Shown in pieces: positions 10,385 to 22,275 of a stretch of 64,000 nucleotides of DNA. The notes below the pieces were generated by a model. It did no database searches. It had not been told where the DNA came from and saw nothing but the letters and a program-made list of their open reading frames with translations. Position numbers and translations under genes: made by a program. Source of the stretch: Rhynchobatus australiae (Eukaryota); assembly GCA_034780895.1 (NCBI GenBank), contig JAUZTB010000079.1:13405732-13469731 (forward strand). The letters are read 5' to 3'. Position 1 is the stretch's first letter. Every line of letters starts with the position of its first letter.

Positions 10385-13300
10385 TATGAACTTACAGAGA
10401 ATATTTATTTATTCGTTCAGTTTCTCCACCTGCAAAAACCAAGTCTAAATCTGAAGTTGTACAGTGACCCAAATATTGGATTCTACTGGAAGATAACTGG
10501 GACATGACGGGTGTGTAAAGCCTGTCTCATTCCTCCCCTAGCTCTCCCACAATAAATGGCAAAGGTGGCCAGATTACATCAGATCTGCCTGCATTGTCTG
10601 GAAGGCTTGTCGTCATTCAAGTATTATCTTGTGGATTTTAGTCAGCAATGAAGGCAGGTTTACAATACTCCAGAATAGCAAAGAGTTTGGCATAGNNNNN
10701 NNNNNTGTGTGCAGAAGTAGGGCAAGGAACTACATTAGAAATAATCAAGTTGTCTACCACCTCCTGCCAATGTTCATAGAATACATAATCACCAAAAGAA
10801 ACTATTTTATGGAAGATTGGACTTTACCTCTACAAAAATCTTGCCTGTTCAAGTCAATGCTGCCATCAAAATGAAGAATTCATACTTATGGCAGATGACA
10901 GCACTTGTTTCTTTTTTAAAAAAAAGGCCAAGTCCTTCCTCCCTTTCAGGATCATTACTTCTAGAACTTGTTAAAGACCCCCAACAACGTTATGTCAGAA
11001 TTTGTCCCAGGTCAGGAAATGGTGATGCTGCAACTTCAGACTGAACTGTTAACTGAAGTACATGGTGGTATATTTTGGAGAACATCACCTTTTTCCAAAA
11101 AGCATCAGGATATTTAGATACTGCTCACCACTGAACAAGCAGCTAAGCACATTGAAGCATTCACATCATTGCAGTCATTTTTGAAGCAGCTTATCCATGA
11201 ATCTGGCTTCCTTCTGAACTGAAATTGGCACTCCACTACTACACCAGCTTGCTAATATTAATAGTTGTGGTGCAGAGAATCTTCATAGGCATTGGTATAA
11301 AGTAAGCTGTATAAAGAAAATTAAGCCAAATAATGTGATAACTTTTTTAAACCACTTAAAAATAGGGTAGATTGTTAAGAATAGCTGCTAGCCAGACTTA
11401 AAATCGTAAGTCCTCAAACACAAAAGCTCCATCCCAACATAATTATGCATTTGTTTCACTGGAAGTACACATCTAGTACTGATGACAGTATTTGATCTTG
11501 ACTTTTTCCAGGAATGCCAAGGTGCTATTAAAAGGCCTTCAAGCACAGATTTTCACAGCTTTTTTTTTTCCAGTTTATGTATCAAAAGTCAGTTTCTTCA
11601 AAAGTACACATTTGTAGGAGTATTCTTTCTCTGTCAATTAAAGTTTGTGCAGAACTTTTATACCAATAATAAACTCCACTATCGTACTTGAGGCTCAACT
11701 ACAATATCTCAATAGCAGTCTGAATGACGGTCAGAAAATTTGTGGCTTAGAAAGGGGTATATTATTGCAGTAGCATTGACTTTGAATGGGGGGGGGGGGG
11801 CGAAGAAAAGCAGAAATAATANNNNNNNNNNNNNNNNNNNNNNNNNNNNNNNNNNNNNNNNNNNNNNNNNNNNNNNNCACAGCACTGGTAATAATTTTGG
11901 TATCCACACCATGAGCAAAGTTACCAACATGTCTCTGTTTGCCCCTTAAAGATAAAGATGATACCAAGATCTTAAATCTTTACATTCTATTGACAAAGAT
12001 TGAAACTAAACATCTTAAAATTAAAGACGTGCTGTTCTATGTTATATTATTTCAGCTCCCATTCTGCCTGCCACAGTACCCTCTCCACTAGAAGTAACTA
12101 ATCCACTTAAAAATAAGCTTGGTAAACAAATTCTTTGAGACTGCTCATTTTAATGCTGCTTGCTGAACTCTTCCAATCCTTTGACCATTGCTCCTGAAAG
12201 CAGAAGGAAGCATGAGAGCAACTAATGCTTGTGCTTCAACTAGTTAACCTGGTTCTAAATATTATTACTCATTATGGGCATTCATGATCCTCCAACCTAT
12301 GAAGATAGTTCTCACAGATTTAGATTAATATTAATATATAGGAGATATGTCATGCAGACATTAGCATCCAACAGCAAATTGTTTGAAGAGAAATTTGGAA
12401 CAGTTCAGCAAGTTAACAAAATCAAAGCATCTTCATCAGCTTCTAGAAATATTAATACATGCAACACTATCAACCCTTTTGCTACCTATGACTCAAGGGA
12501 AAATCCAAAGTCACATTTTCAGAGAAATCCCTCGATACTCATTTTAAGAAACTTACCAGTATTAACACTGAGACCACATTNNNNNNNNNNNNNNNNNNNN
12601 NNNNNNNNNNNNNNNNNNNNNNNNNNNNNNNNNNNNNNNNNNNNNNNNNNNNNNNNNNNNNNNNNNNNNNNNNNNNNNNNGTGAACATTCAGAAGCTACT
12701 CCTCTTCCAAATTTACAGAGAACATATTACGATTGTCCAAGCAAAATCTGTGACTGGCGCACATATTGAGGGGTGAGGAACAAAGAACTGATCCACACAA
12801 GATATTGTGCTTTCGATGACTGGGTCATGTACAATTAAGATAGCCAGCATAAACAACAAAATTATCTACCTTTTCACTCGTTGAACACATCAGACTTGGA
12901 ACACCACATGGCTAGAATGCAAGTAGCACAAGGTTATGAGATATCTTTAGGCACGAGAGATTCAGTGGAAAGGAAAAACTCCCAATCCATTTTTGGTGTA
13001 CCTTTTAAAATCTTCATCCATAACACCACCATTCTCTCTGCTACTCCAACCATGCCAAAAAAATTGAAGTTATTAGAAATATTTCATTAGATTAGGAGCA
13101 CAATGAAAGTCTGTTTATACTGCTGGCTCCAGTCTTGTGTACATTTTGAACTCTGTTCTAGGGTCTTCTACATTATGTAGCGCTGCTTAACATTGAAAAC
13201 AGCCTCACCTTTCTGTTTGCTTGTCCTCCTTCCTCCCATAAGCTACATTTGTAGGGTATTTGGCTTGACCATAAAACCCTGATGCTGGAATTACTTGTGT

Positions 13301-14424
13301 TATTACACAATGTCTACTAAACCAATTTCCTGCTGTCCCCTCCCCCATCGCAGTTGTGCAAAACCATATACTTAACTTGGCAAACAGAACAGAGCTCTTA
13401 TGCTTCCCTCAAAAATAATACGATCATTAAACCGACACCTGACAACATGAGGCTTAGAGGACCATTTTGTACCTTGGACCTCACTCAAAATCCTTGTTCA
13501 GATGTGTCTTACTATACCAATCCATTATGCTGAAAGCCATTTCATATCTAATAGGTTTAAAAATCAACCACTGGAGAAGTGGAGCTGGTGCTATCAGGGC
13601 TCCATTCCAAATGGTCATCCATGGCGGAGAATGATTGAAACTGCAACTACTGCTGAAAACCATCCATCCAGTTTAAGTCAGAAAAAGAATCATGCACCCA
13701 TTTCATTCGCCCAATGTTCCATTCCCACTGGAGCCATTTTCTAATCTGCACTACACAAGATAATGCTATTTGTGCATTCCAAAGACAGCAATACAACATG
13801 TATTTTGATACTTTGTGCAGGACGAAAAGCCAGTATTCCACCACAAAAACACGTTAGCTGCATTTTAAACAATTATATTAAGCCATTCGCCTGTTTGTTA
13901 TTGACGAACAAAATATTCTACCTCAAAATGGTGCACAGAAAACTGCAATGCCACCATTTCTTTATCTTCCTTAATGAATACCTACCAATTTTTAAATCTG
14001 TTCAAGCTTAAGATGGCAATTCGCGCCACGAAAGTCTGGGTTGTGGGACTACTCAAAAGCAAACTCATTATACGTTGGTGCCCTTTCTAACACTGTTAAA
14101 GAATTTAGACATGTCATGAAGAGTACTGCGCAAAGCCTTCTCAATAAAAGCACAGTAACTTGCATAGGGACATGGCTAACCTGCAAAGCAGTAACCGCCT
14201 TGAGCACAACCATCCCTCAATGGAATGTGGTATTGCACAAGTCGCAACAGGACACTCTGCTTTCCTTGCATCCAAAAAAAAACAATTCACTGTCACATTA
14301 AGATCATTTAAACCCAAGTCAGTTGTCCATTAAGGCTTCTAACTCTTCACCATACACTTCTCTCTGCCAGTTGCGGAAATGCTTCACGGTCTGTACGTTC
14401 CTCTTTTTCTGCACCGAGCCATAA
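10385..14424 (-). other. EDC3: Probable EDC3 3' UTR (~4 kb)
   Basis: Follows the stop codon and contains no recognisable retroelement fragments. The first canonical AATAAA I found on minus is an overlapping pair at 10404-10413. N gaps could hide earlier signals, and there is an ATTAAA at 12149-12154. Confidence 0.5.
10404..10413 (-). promoter_or_regulatory. Candidate polyadenylation signal (overlapping AATAAATAAA)
   Basis: Plus-strand tttatttatt reads AATAAATAAA on minus and is followed by T-rich sequence. Further AATAAA hexamers lie at 9008-9013 and 8928-8933. Confidence 0.45.
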
Positions 14425-14759
14425 TTAAGCAGAGTGCAAAGGTATGACAAACTTGCAGCCAAAAGGCGAGTGATAGGAGATTCCCACCTCCTGGAAAACC
14501 TTCTTTGGTATTCCAATATCACAGAGGTACAGGCGGCCAGCACTTTCCCCCAGTGGTAGAGGCAAGCCAAGTGCTAAAGACCATTTGGCGTCGATGACAT
14601 GTTCCAATTCACCCACAGGTGGGTCGATACTCAGCACTGGGGCCCGATTCTGGTTGGCCCATTCAACAGCTGCTCTGTACCACGGCTGCTCGCGAAGATA
14701 CGGGTTCTCATGGCAGTCAAGGCAATTGATCACCAAGTCAACAGGAGTGTCTGGCAAGT
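14425..14759 (-). CDS. EDC3: EDC3 terminal coding exon (335 coding nt) ending at TAA
   Basis: Encodes (D)LPDTPVDLVINCLDCHEN...WANQNRAPVLSIDPP...DAKWSLALGLPLPLGESAGRLYLCDIGIPKKVFQEVGISYHSPFGCKFVIPLHSA*. Acceptor TTTCCAG|AC. Matches the vertebrate EDC3 C-terminus. Confidence 0.97.
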
Positions 14760-14959
14760 CTGGAAATTTAGAAAGAGAAAGATTATTCAGGAAAGGCATG
14801 CGAGTGATAATTCCACTAAAGAGCAATGTCATCTTGTGCCAAGAACATCCAATGAAGTGTTCTGCTTTACAGCATTGTTACAAATTGGAACTTGAACAGT
14901 CTTGGAAATGTAGCATTGTTGCATTGGATGAAGATTTAAAGTAAAATTGGCTCATCGGC

Positions 14960-15750
14960 TTGGGCTCTGTGGTAGCACGAATACAGTCAAGTCACAGTCT
15001 GTACGTAACTTAGACTGAAATTTCAGTGCAGGATTGTAAAGATACTACAGTGGCACAAGTGCCAGCTTTCATTGAAGATAACAGAACACGGCCCTGAAGT
15101 GCACTGAAAAAATAAGTCCTGTTAAAAGAATTCTACCAGTTTTCTGTGCAAAATAATACCTATCGCAGCTTGGTATGGCAACTGCTTTGACCAAGACTGC
15201 AAGAAGTTGCAGAGAGTTATGAACACAGCCCAAGCTGTCATGAAAACCAGCTTCCCCTCCATTTGACTCTGTCTACACTTCCCGCTGCCTCAGGAAAGCA
15301 GCCAACATAATCAAGGACCCTTCCTAATCTGGTCAAACTCTCTTCTCCCCCCTTCCATTGGGCAGAAGATACACAAGCTTGAGGACATGTACCACTAGAT
15401 TGAAGAACAACAACTTCTTTCCCGTTGTTATAAGCCTCTTGAATGGTCCTCTTAGACGTTAAGAATGAACTCTTGATCTCAGTTCTACATTGTCATGGCC
15501 CTTGCACTATATTTGTCTACCTGCACTGCACCTTCTGTTACTGTAACACTATTTTCTACATTCTATATTTGTTTTCCTTTTGTACTACCTTGATGTATGG
15601 AATGATCTGTCTGGATGGCATTCAAACAAAAGCTTTTTACTACCTCAGTATGTGACAATAATAAGACCAATTACCAAAATCCATCAAATCAATACCAAAT
15701 CAAGGTAACTGGTCATTCACTTTGTGTGTAGGCTGTGTGATTCAGTGCAA
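14960..15750 (+). mobile_element. Deu-SINE remnant split by a Rex1 insertion
   Basis: The SINE 5' part (~14960-15150) resumes after the Rex1 tail (~15680-15750, ...aactggtcattcac...). Confidence 0.45.
15155..15675 (+). mobile_element. Rex1/Babar-clade LINE, 5'-truncated
   Basis: cagcttggtatggcaactgc...gactctgtctacacttcccgctgcctc...gggcagaagatacacaagcttgagg plus the 3' tail. It is the reverse-complement homologue of 40665-41262. Confidence 0.75.
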
Positions 15751-16014
15751 GGAACAGGACAGGGCAAGACCCAGTGAGACGGCAGGTTGTTCTCCAAGGC
15801 ACTGACACCTGTATGGCTTTATTGAGTCTGTTATATTTAGTCAGATCAATGGGCTTCATTACCTCATTTCTTGCATTGTATGCGCCACTCGAAAATCTAT
15901 GGACAGAGCGTAATACTAGGCTCAGTTGCACAAGATGTGTGAAATAGAGATTTGTACAAAAATGTGTTATGGAACAGGAGAATTAAATAAAGCATACACT
16001 GATTATGAAATAGC

Positions 16015-16370
16015 ACATTGGAGACATGTCTTAGCATAAGCTAACACTTCAGTGCAGCACCAAGGGAGTGCTGCATTATCAAAGGTTTTATCTTTCAGTG
16101 AGATATTAACAGATATATTTTATAAATGTACCTGTTTCAAAAATAAAAATACAGCAAGTTCTCGCTGTTGCTCTGGTTAATATACATCCCTAACCCAACA
16201 TGTTGAAAGACAGAATAGATTATTTATTATGTTGCTATTTAAAAAAATTTTACTGTGCAGAGACTGACTGCCAGGCTTCTCCGTCCTTCAAAATGTTACT
16301 CTTGGACTACAATCAACTGTGAAGCACTTTGGGCCACCCGTATCATTAAAGACATGTTACAACTGCAAAC
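16015..16370 (+). mobile_element. Deu-domain SINE, degenerate
   Basis: gctaacacttcagtgcagcaccaagggagtgctgcatt...tctttcagtgagatattaa...gtgaagcactttggg. Confidence 0.6.
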
Positions 16371-18481
16371 CTTTTCCTCTCTCTGCTATGGATAGAACCC
16401 AAGTTTCAGCTGCTGGCTTTAGTTCAGGAACGCTGTGGGCTTTAATTACAAACAGAAGACAACAGACATTCATAGTCTGCAGACCATCAAGGACTCGAAA
16501 CAGCAGGGTATACAATATAGAAGGAACACATAATAAAATTCCTGAGATGGAGTTCCTATGCAAAAATTTCTATTTTCATTTTTAGGAAGTGTATTGGTCC
16601 CTTGCAGAATATGGGGATGATCATAAATAGAATCATGACTGGTGTCAAGTTGTAAGCATGCGCAACAGGTGAGCAAAAAAATTCTACCCAAGGCAAAAGT
16701 AATGCCATCCATCAACATCTACAGATATTGGGCAACAGTTTTGAGATTTAGTACAAGAACCAGAGTTAAAGAGCCCCCAGGTGTGAGTAGTTTTGAGACT
16801 GGATGTGAAGGNNNNNNNNNNNNNNNNNNNNNNNNNNNNNNNNNNNNNNNNNNNNNNNNNNNNNNNNNNNNNNNNNNNNNNNNNNNNNNNNNNNNNNNNN
16901 NNNNNNNNNNNGTGAAGGAAGCAGCGGTGGTCATGAGCCAAAAAATACATTCTCCTCTTCCTTCATTCAAGCTAAAACATGACTTGGCTGTTGCAACATT
17001 ATTGCATTTGTTTCAAAGCAATTTCCTTCCAGTCTCAAAGTGGAGGTGCATTTCTTCAAGGAGCCAGAGGCGTAATTAATAACTTCCAAAATTTCTTTTG
17101 CCAAAAATGTAACCTATTCTGAAGCCATTTGCGAAGGAACTGCAAGACTACCAACATGGTTTGACTATCTTAAGAACAGTTTGTGTTTAGAATGAGAAGG
17201 AAAAGAGCAGATTCCTGTTTTGTTGATCTATTTATAGCTGGAAGAAACAGGTTTGAAATATTAGGAAAAATGTCTTCAGGCTCTTTCTGTGCAAACACAC
17301 TTGATCTGGGCTCAGAGACAAGCAGCCATTTGGGCCAGCACCCAAGTTTTTTCTGTAGAAAAAAAAGTGTGTCTTTAGGAGAACTGGGAAGACAACTAGG
17401 TTTTGGGAGGGAGGTGGGAGGATGGTGGCTATTTCACTCAAGCTGAAAAACATACTGAAATCAGTTTTGGATGGTATGGCCAAAACTACTTCTAAGTTTC
17501 ACTATGATCCAAGATGAACTATAATAACATGGCAAAACAGCCAACATTCTTCCAGATAAAAGTTGCCATTGTTTAAATAGAAGTACACTGATTTATAGAG
17601 CCTCTGAGGACACAATATTCCGTCTGTTGGCTTGTACAGACTTCTCAGTATAACTACAATGCAGAACAATTAAGCTGATTTGCTGTGCTTTCATACATGG
17701 TGCCAGGTACAACAAAAACAGGAACTATTGAAAACAATATGCCAAACCACCTTTTCTCCTATAAAGGTTCATCTGGCTAATGGCCCACAGAGGAAGAATA
17801 ATTTGAAGGGAGTGTGTACTGGGGTTTGGGGGATTTGAAAACAGGAAAATAATTTCTATATACAACATTTAACACTGCAAAAACACTTCACTGGAACACA
17901 GAAAGCTGATAATACTGAGTCAGATGACCAAAAAGATGGACACAGTAAATTTTATAAGGAGCAGCACGGAGGAGGAAATGTAGGGAGGTGAAACTGAAGT
18001 TTCAGCGCATAGAACCCTGGTGACTGACAGCAAATGCACCTATGACTGAATAATTAATTTTGAGGATGAGTGAGTAAGAGGTCAAAGTTAAAGCAGAACA
18101 TAGGGGTAAGATTAGACATAGAAAGACAAAACCATGCAAACTCAAAGCAGGGGTGAAAAAGCAGTATGAAACACAACTTAAAATAGTTTTGTTCCTGCAT
18201 AGTAAACTCCTGGAACCCTTTCCACATAACCAAAATCTACAAAGTAACTTACAAATCTGGTGTTTTCTTTGGTTAAAGCCACACACCTGTAAGTATTGGC
18301 ACAGTTTTCCAAGCTCAATATAAAGCCGCTTCACCGCCTTCACATACTCAACATTTTAGAGATCAGAGTAAATCCACTGATATTTGAATGTGTTGTCACT
18401 AGAAATATTACCTTCATAATATCATTGGCCTAACTTCTTCATCCAAAACCCTCATGTTTTCATTACTTCCGGACTTAACCA

Positions 18482-18672
18482 CTTCAATGCATTCATGGCC
18501 AGCCTCCTTCATTTCTTTCTCCTATAAACACGTCATCCAAAACTCTGAATCCATATTCCAATTTCCAGAAGTCCTGGTGAACAGGACTTGTGAAAGTTAG
18601 GAAAAGGACAGAGTTTTGGATGACATGTTTAAGAGAATGAAATGAGTAAGGCTATCCACGAATACACTGAAG
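18482..18672. repeat. Long imperfect inverted repeat (~95-bp arms, 5-nt loop)
   Basis: Inner aagtcctg-gtgaa-caggactt, core gtcatccaaaactctg/cagagttttggatgac, outer cttcaatgcattc/gaatacactgaag. Confidence 0.9.
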
Positions 18673-19633
18673 CTTAGAGGTAATCTACTCCAGTATTGTC
18701 ACAAAGTTGAGCAGGAACTAGGTAATCAATACTTAATCATTAACTGATTCAGATGACATCGCCAATCCTCAGTGCAGGACCTGAGGTATGTTTGTTGACC
18801 TTCATTGGCTCCATGTTGGAAAACTCTCCATTTTAAAATTCTCACCCAAATCCCTCCAAGACCTCATCTCTTTTCCTTCAGCATAAAACTGCAATAGGTT
18901 CAAGACTTTTCAATCCATTTTTTTCAAAAAAAACTATATGTATATGAAACTGAAAAGTGACACCCATCTTAGAGAATTACGTCAAAGTGCTCCAAAATAA
19001 ATAAATTACTTAGAAACACATGTACATGCTGTAATGTAAAACAAGCTAACCACTTTTTTTTTGAAGAACCTATCAGCTCATCCTCTTCTTTGGGTTGTTT
19101 GCAACAGAACTGTTGCCACTATTGGAAAATTGGCTGGTCTTTGATTCCTGTCACCTAAACACATTTATTTTGACGTCACATCTTAGGAGTGGCATTTCCA
19201 ACAATGAAACACCACCCCAATACTCCAATGGATTAACAACTTCTACTGTGTTCAGGTCCTTGAGTGAGCCTTGACATAACATAGCCTGATTCATAAGTGA
19301 GGGTGCACTGTCAGACTTTCTCCCCATTTACTTGGAATTAAATTACATTTGTTTTAGGTTCTAATCATTTCTTTTAATATGCTCTAGCAAATCAATGGAG
19401 ATTGCAAATTTAAGATGTATCTGACCAGTTCTGGTGAAAATTAGACGGAATCCAACACAGCAAGAATTTAAGGTCTCTTCTTGGTTACTGAATTATTATG
19501 TTAAAGACTGAAATCCATACCTGCCTTTTGAGGATCGCCTTAAGTTTAGTAGATTTACACTGATATAGGTCCCACATGTCCTACAATAGACGCAAGGATT
19601 AAGTAATGAGATTTCAATAGGGCAATCACATAC

Positions 19634-19851
19634 CTTTTACACTGGCCACTTGCTTGCCATCAGTCTTGCTAAAAAGTTGAAGCTCAGTGGTGATACACTC
19701 CAGCATCTTCACAAAGTTGGGCAAGAACAAAATAATTTGTACTTCATGATTGGCAAGATGGCGCCCACAGCTGATTCCTTGAGCTCCCTTCACATGTGGT
19801 CCACACAGTAATGCAACTGTTGGTCGTTGGTGGACGTTCTTGGGATTTAAC
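19634..19851 (-). CDS. EDC3: EDC3 coding exon (218 nt), YjeF_N domain
   Basis: Encodes (R)LNPKNVHQRPTVALLCGPHVKGAQGISCGRHLANHEVQIILFLPNFVKMLECITTELQLFSKTDGKQVASVK. Acceptor TTTCAAG|G, donor AAAG|GTATGT. Confidence 0.97.
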
Positions 19852-20589
19852 CTTGAAAACAATAAATATCGTTCTGTTTTTATGCTTAGACCAAGATTAG
19901 CTGACTTGCACTTGAAATGCAACCTGAAAGCATTATATGGCCTACTGATTGAACTTGCATTCTACCTCAAGATATCTTGTCAGTTGACAAATCATACTGC
20001 AGCACAGATCACCAGGACCTAGTAACCCTCTGTACTCTACCTCACAGGCCAGTTGTGTGAATCCAAGTGTCAAAAGAAAACTGAAGATTCTCATTGTATT
20101 TTAGATGCTAAGATGAAAAGAATGTGCAAGAAGGGACAATGAAGGTGTCAGTGTAACTGGATTACCTTAAAACAGAGCTGTGTACAATATCAATGAAAAA
20201 AATGCAAAAGTTAAAAAGTGGGCCTATTGTTTATCCATGCACACACTAACACATCCCAACATTAGTACAAATCACTGCAGAATACAAAAATCCTAGGTTT
20301 AAGCTGCTGGTGTGTTTGAGACTGCATCATATTTAATTCTGTCAAACTCAATTCTGAATGTTGATTGGTGATCCCTGTCAATTTTGGGGGATTTTGTTCA
20401 GTCTTCCAATGTTAACTAAAGCCTGGGAAACCTGACAAAATTAGCTTGTTCAGTGGGTAGGATGAAATGGTTACAGTTGCTGAATCCACTCATGTCTCTC
20501 AACCACCTTAGAACTCTGGTCCAGCTAGATTTTCCCAGCTCTAGGTCTAAAAGACAACATCATATTGAACATAGAATACAGAAAATAGA

Positions 20590-21268
20590 AAACAGAACAG
20601 TATAGCACAGAAACAGGCCCTTTCAGTTCACAATGTTGTGCAGAACTAAGCTAAATGACACCTAATCCCTTCTGCCTGCACTTGGTCCATATCCCTCCAT
20701 TCTCTGAGTATTCATGTGCCTATCTAGGAGTCTCTTAAACACTTCTATCTGCCTCCACCACCACCCCTGGCAGTGCATTCCAGGCATCCACTATTGCATT
20801 AAAAAAAACTGGCCCTGCACATCTCTGAACTTATCCCCCTCACCTTAAATGCATGCCCTCTAGAATTAGGCATTTCAACCCTGAGAGAAAGGTACTGGCT
20901 GTCTGCTTCTCATAATCATACAACTATCAGGTCTCCCCTCAGCCTCTGATGCTCCAGACAAAACAACCCCAGTTTGTCCAACCTCTTCATAGCATATGGC
21001 CTCTGGTTCAAGTAGCATCCTGGTAAACATCTTCTGCACCCTCTCCATAGCCTCCACATCCTTCCAATAAATGGGGCAACCAGAACTGAATGCAATTCTC
21101 CGAACTAGAGGTTCATAAAGCTGCAGTGTAACTTCCTGACTCTTGAACTCAAGTGCCTCGATGAATAAAGGCAAGCATGCCACAAGTTTTCTTTACAACT
21201 CTATCGACTTGTGCAGCCACTTGCAGGGAGCTATGGACTTGGACCCCAAGATCCCTCTGTACATCAAT
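20590..21268 (-). mobile_element. CR1 LINE 3' portion
   Basis: Minus ORF 20875-21183 has LEFKSQEVTLQLYEPLVR...YWKDVEAMERVQKMFTRML, the CR1 ORF2 C-terminal region. CR1 tail near 20590-20640. Confidence 0.8.
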
Positions 21269-21674
21269 ATTGGAGTAATATTTTCAAGTGCTTACTGTTA
21301 TTATGTATGATGCACTATTCTGTTGATGCCATTTTTAAAGTTTGGTAAAGAGCACAATAAGTTACAAACAGCAGAAAGATTCAAGTCAGAGCAAGCAAAC
21401 TTTTTTTTTGGAAGTCCTGTAAAGAATGAAGGTATTACTACCAGATGCTACAGAGGGGCAGACAGGTTAAAGGAGTGTGAAAATGAAAAGTGGGATTGAA
21501 TAAACATTTGGCTAAATGGTGCTAAAAGATGGGGAAGTTAGCTTGGATTAAAAAATGGTTGACCTTTGGTTCTCTTGCTCTTAAGGGTTAATATTTTAGA
21601 TACCAAAGTCATTTAAGTTTCAAACAGTAAATGCAAGCAGAAAGATCACTACTAATGCATTTTCCATGCAAAGT

Positions 21675-21965
21675 CGACAGAGTCATGCAGCATAGAAACG
21701 GGCCCTTTGACCCAACTGGTCCATGACGACCAAGATACCCATCCAAGCTAGTCCCATATCCCTCTCAACCTTCCCTATCCATGTACCTGTCCAAGTGACT
21801 TTTAAATATTGTTAATGTACCTGCCTCACCCACTTCCTCTGGTAGCCCATTCTAGAAACTGACCATCCTCTGGGTGACAATGTTGCCCCTTGGATTCCTA
21901 TAAATTCTCTCCCCACTCACCTTAAACCTATGCCCTCTAGTTCTCAATTTCCCCAACCCTGGCAA
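21675..21965 (-). mobile_element. CR1 LINE 3' end
   Basis: agagtcatgcagcatagaaacgggccc...aatgtacctgcctcacccacttcctctgg...cactcaccttaaacctatgccctctag. Confidence 0.75.
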
Positions 21966-22121
21966 AAAGAAGCTTAATGATGACACTAGAAGCCCAAAAT
22001 GCTCCATTTCCTGAAGCAAGAAAAAAAATCACTGGGGAAAACTCAACAGATTAATTAAGTGGCAACCGGTAATGCCTTTTTAACAGAAAGGCACGGTGAT
22101 CAATATTAGCATAAGAGGTAC

Positions 22122-22275
22122 CTGTTAGGACCACCAAGAAGTGTTAGTGTCATCTGGCTGGCACACACTCCAGTCATTTCCAATCTGCGTTCCAATGACA
22201 GGCCATGCCGTTCTGCAGCTGCCAGCAACCTCTTGTGCAAGTCATAGGAAATACTGGGAACAACCAATCCTGAAT
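22122..22275 (-). CDS. EDC3: EDC3 coding exon (154 nt), start of the YjeF_N region
   Basis: Encodes (D)SGLVVPSISYDLHKRLLAAAERHGLSLERRLEMTGVCASQMTLTLLGGPN(R). Acceptor CTTACAG|AT, donor AACAG|GTACCT. G|AT joins the upstream exon in frame as Asp. Confidence 0.97.

Noticed and set aside
14760-14832. N-terminal extension MTLLFSG... of the 135-aa ORF
   Set aside because: It lies upstream of the acceptor AG (14761-14760) and is the intronic polypyrimidine tract.
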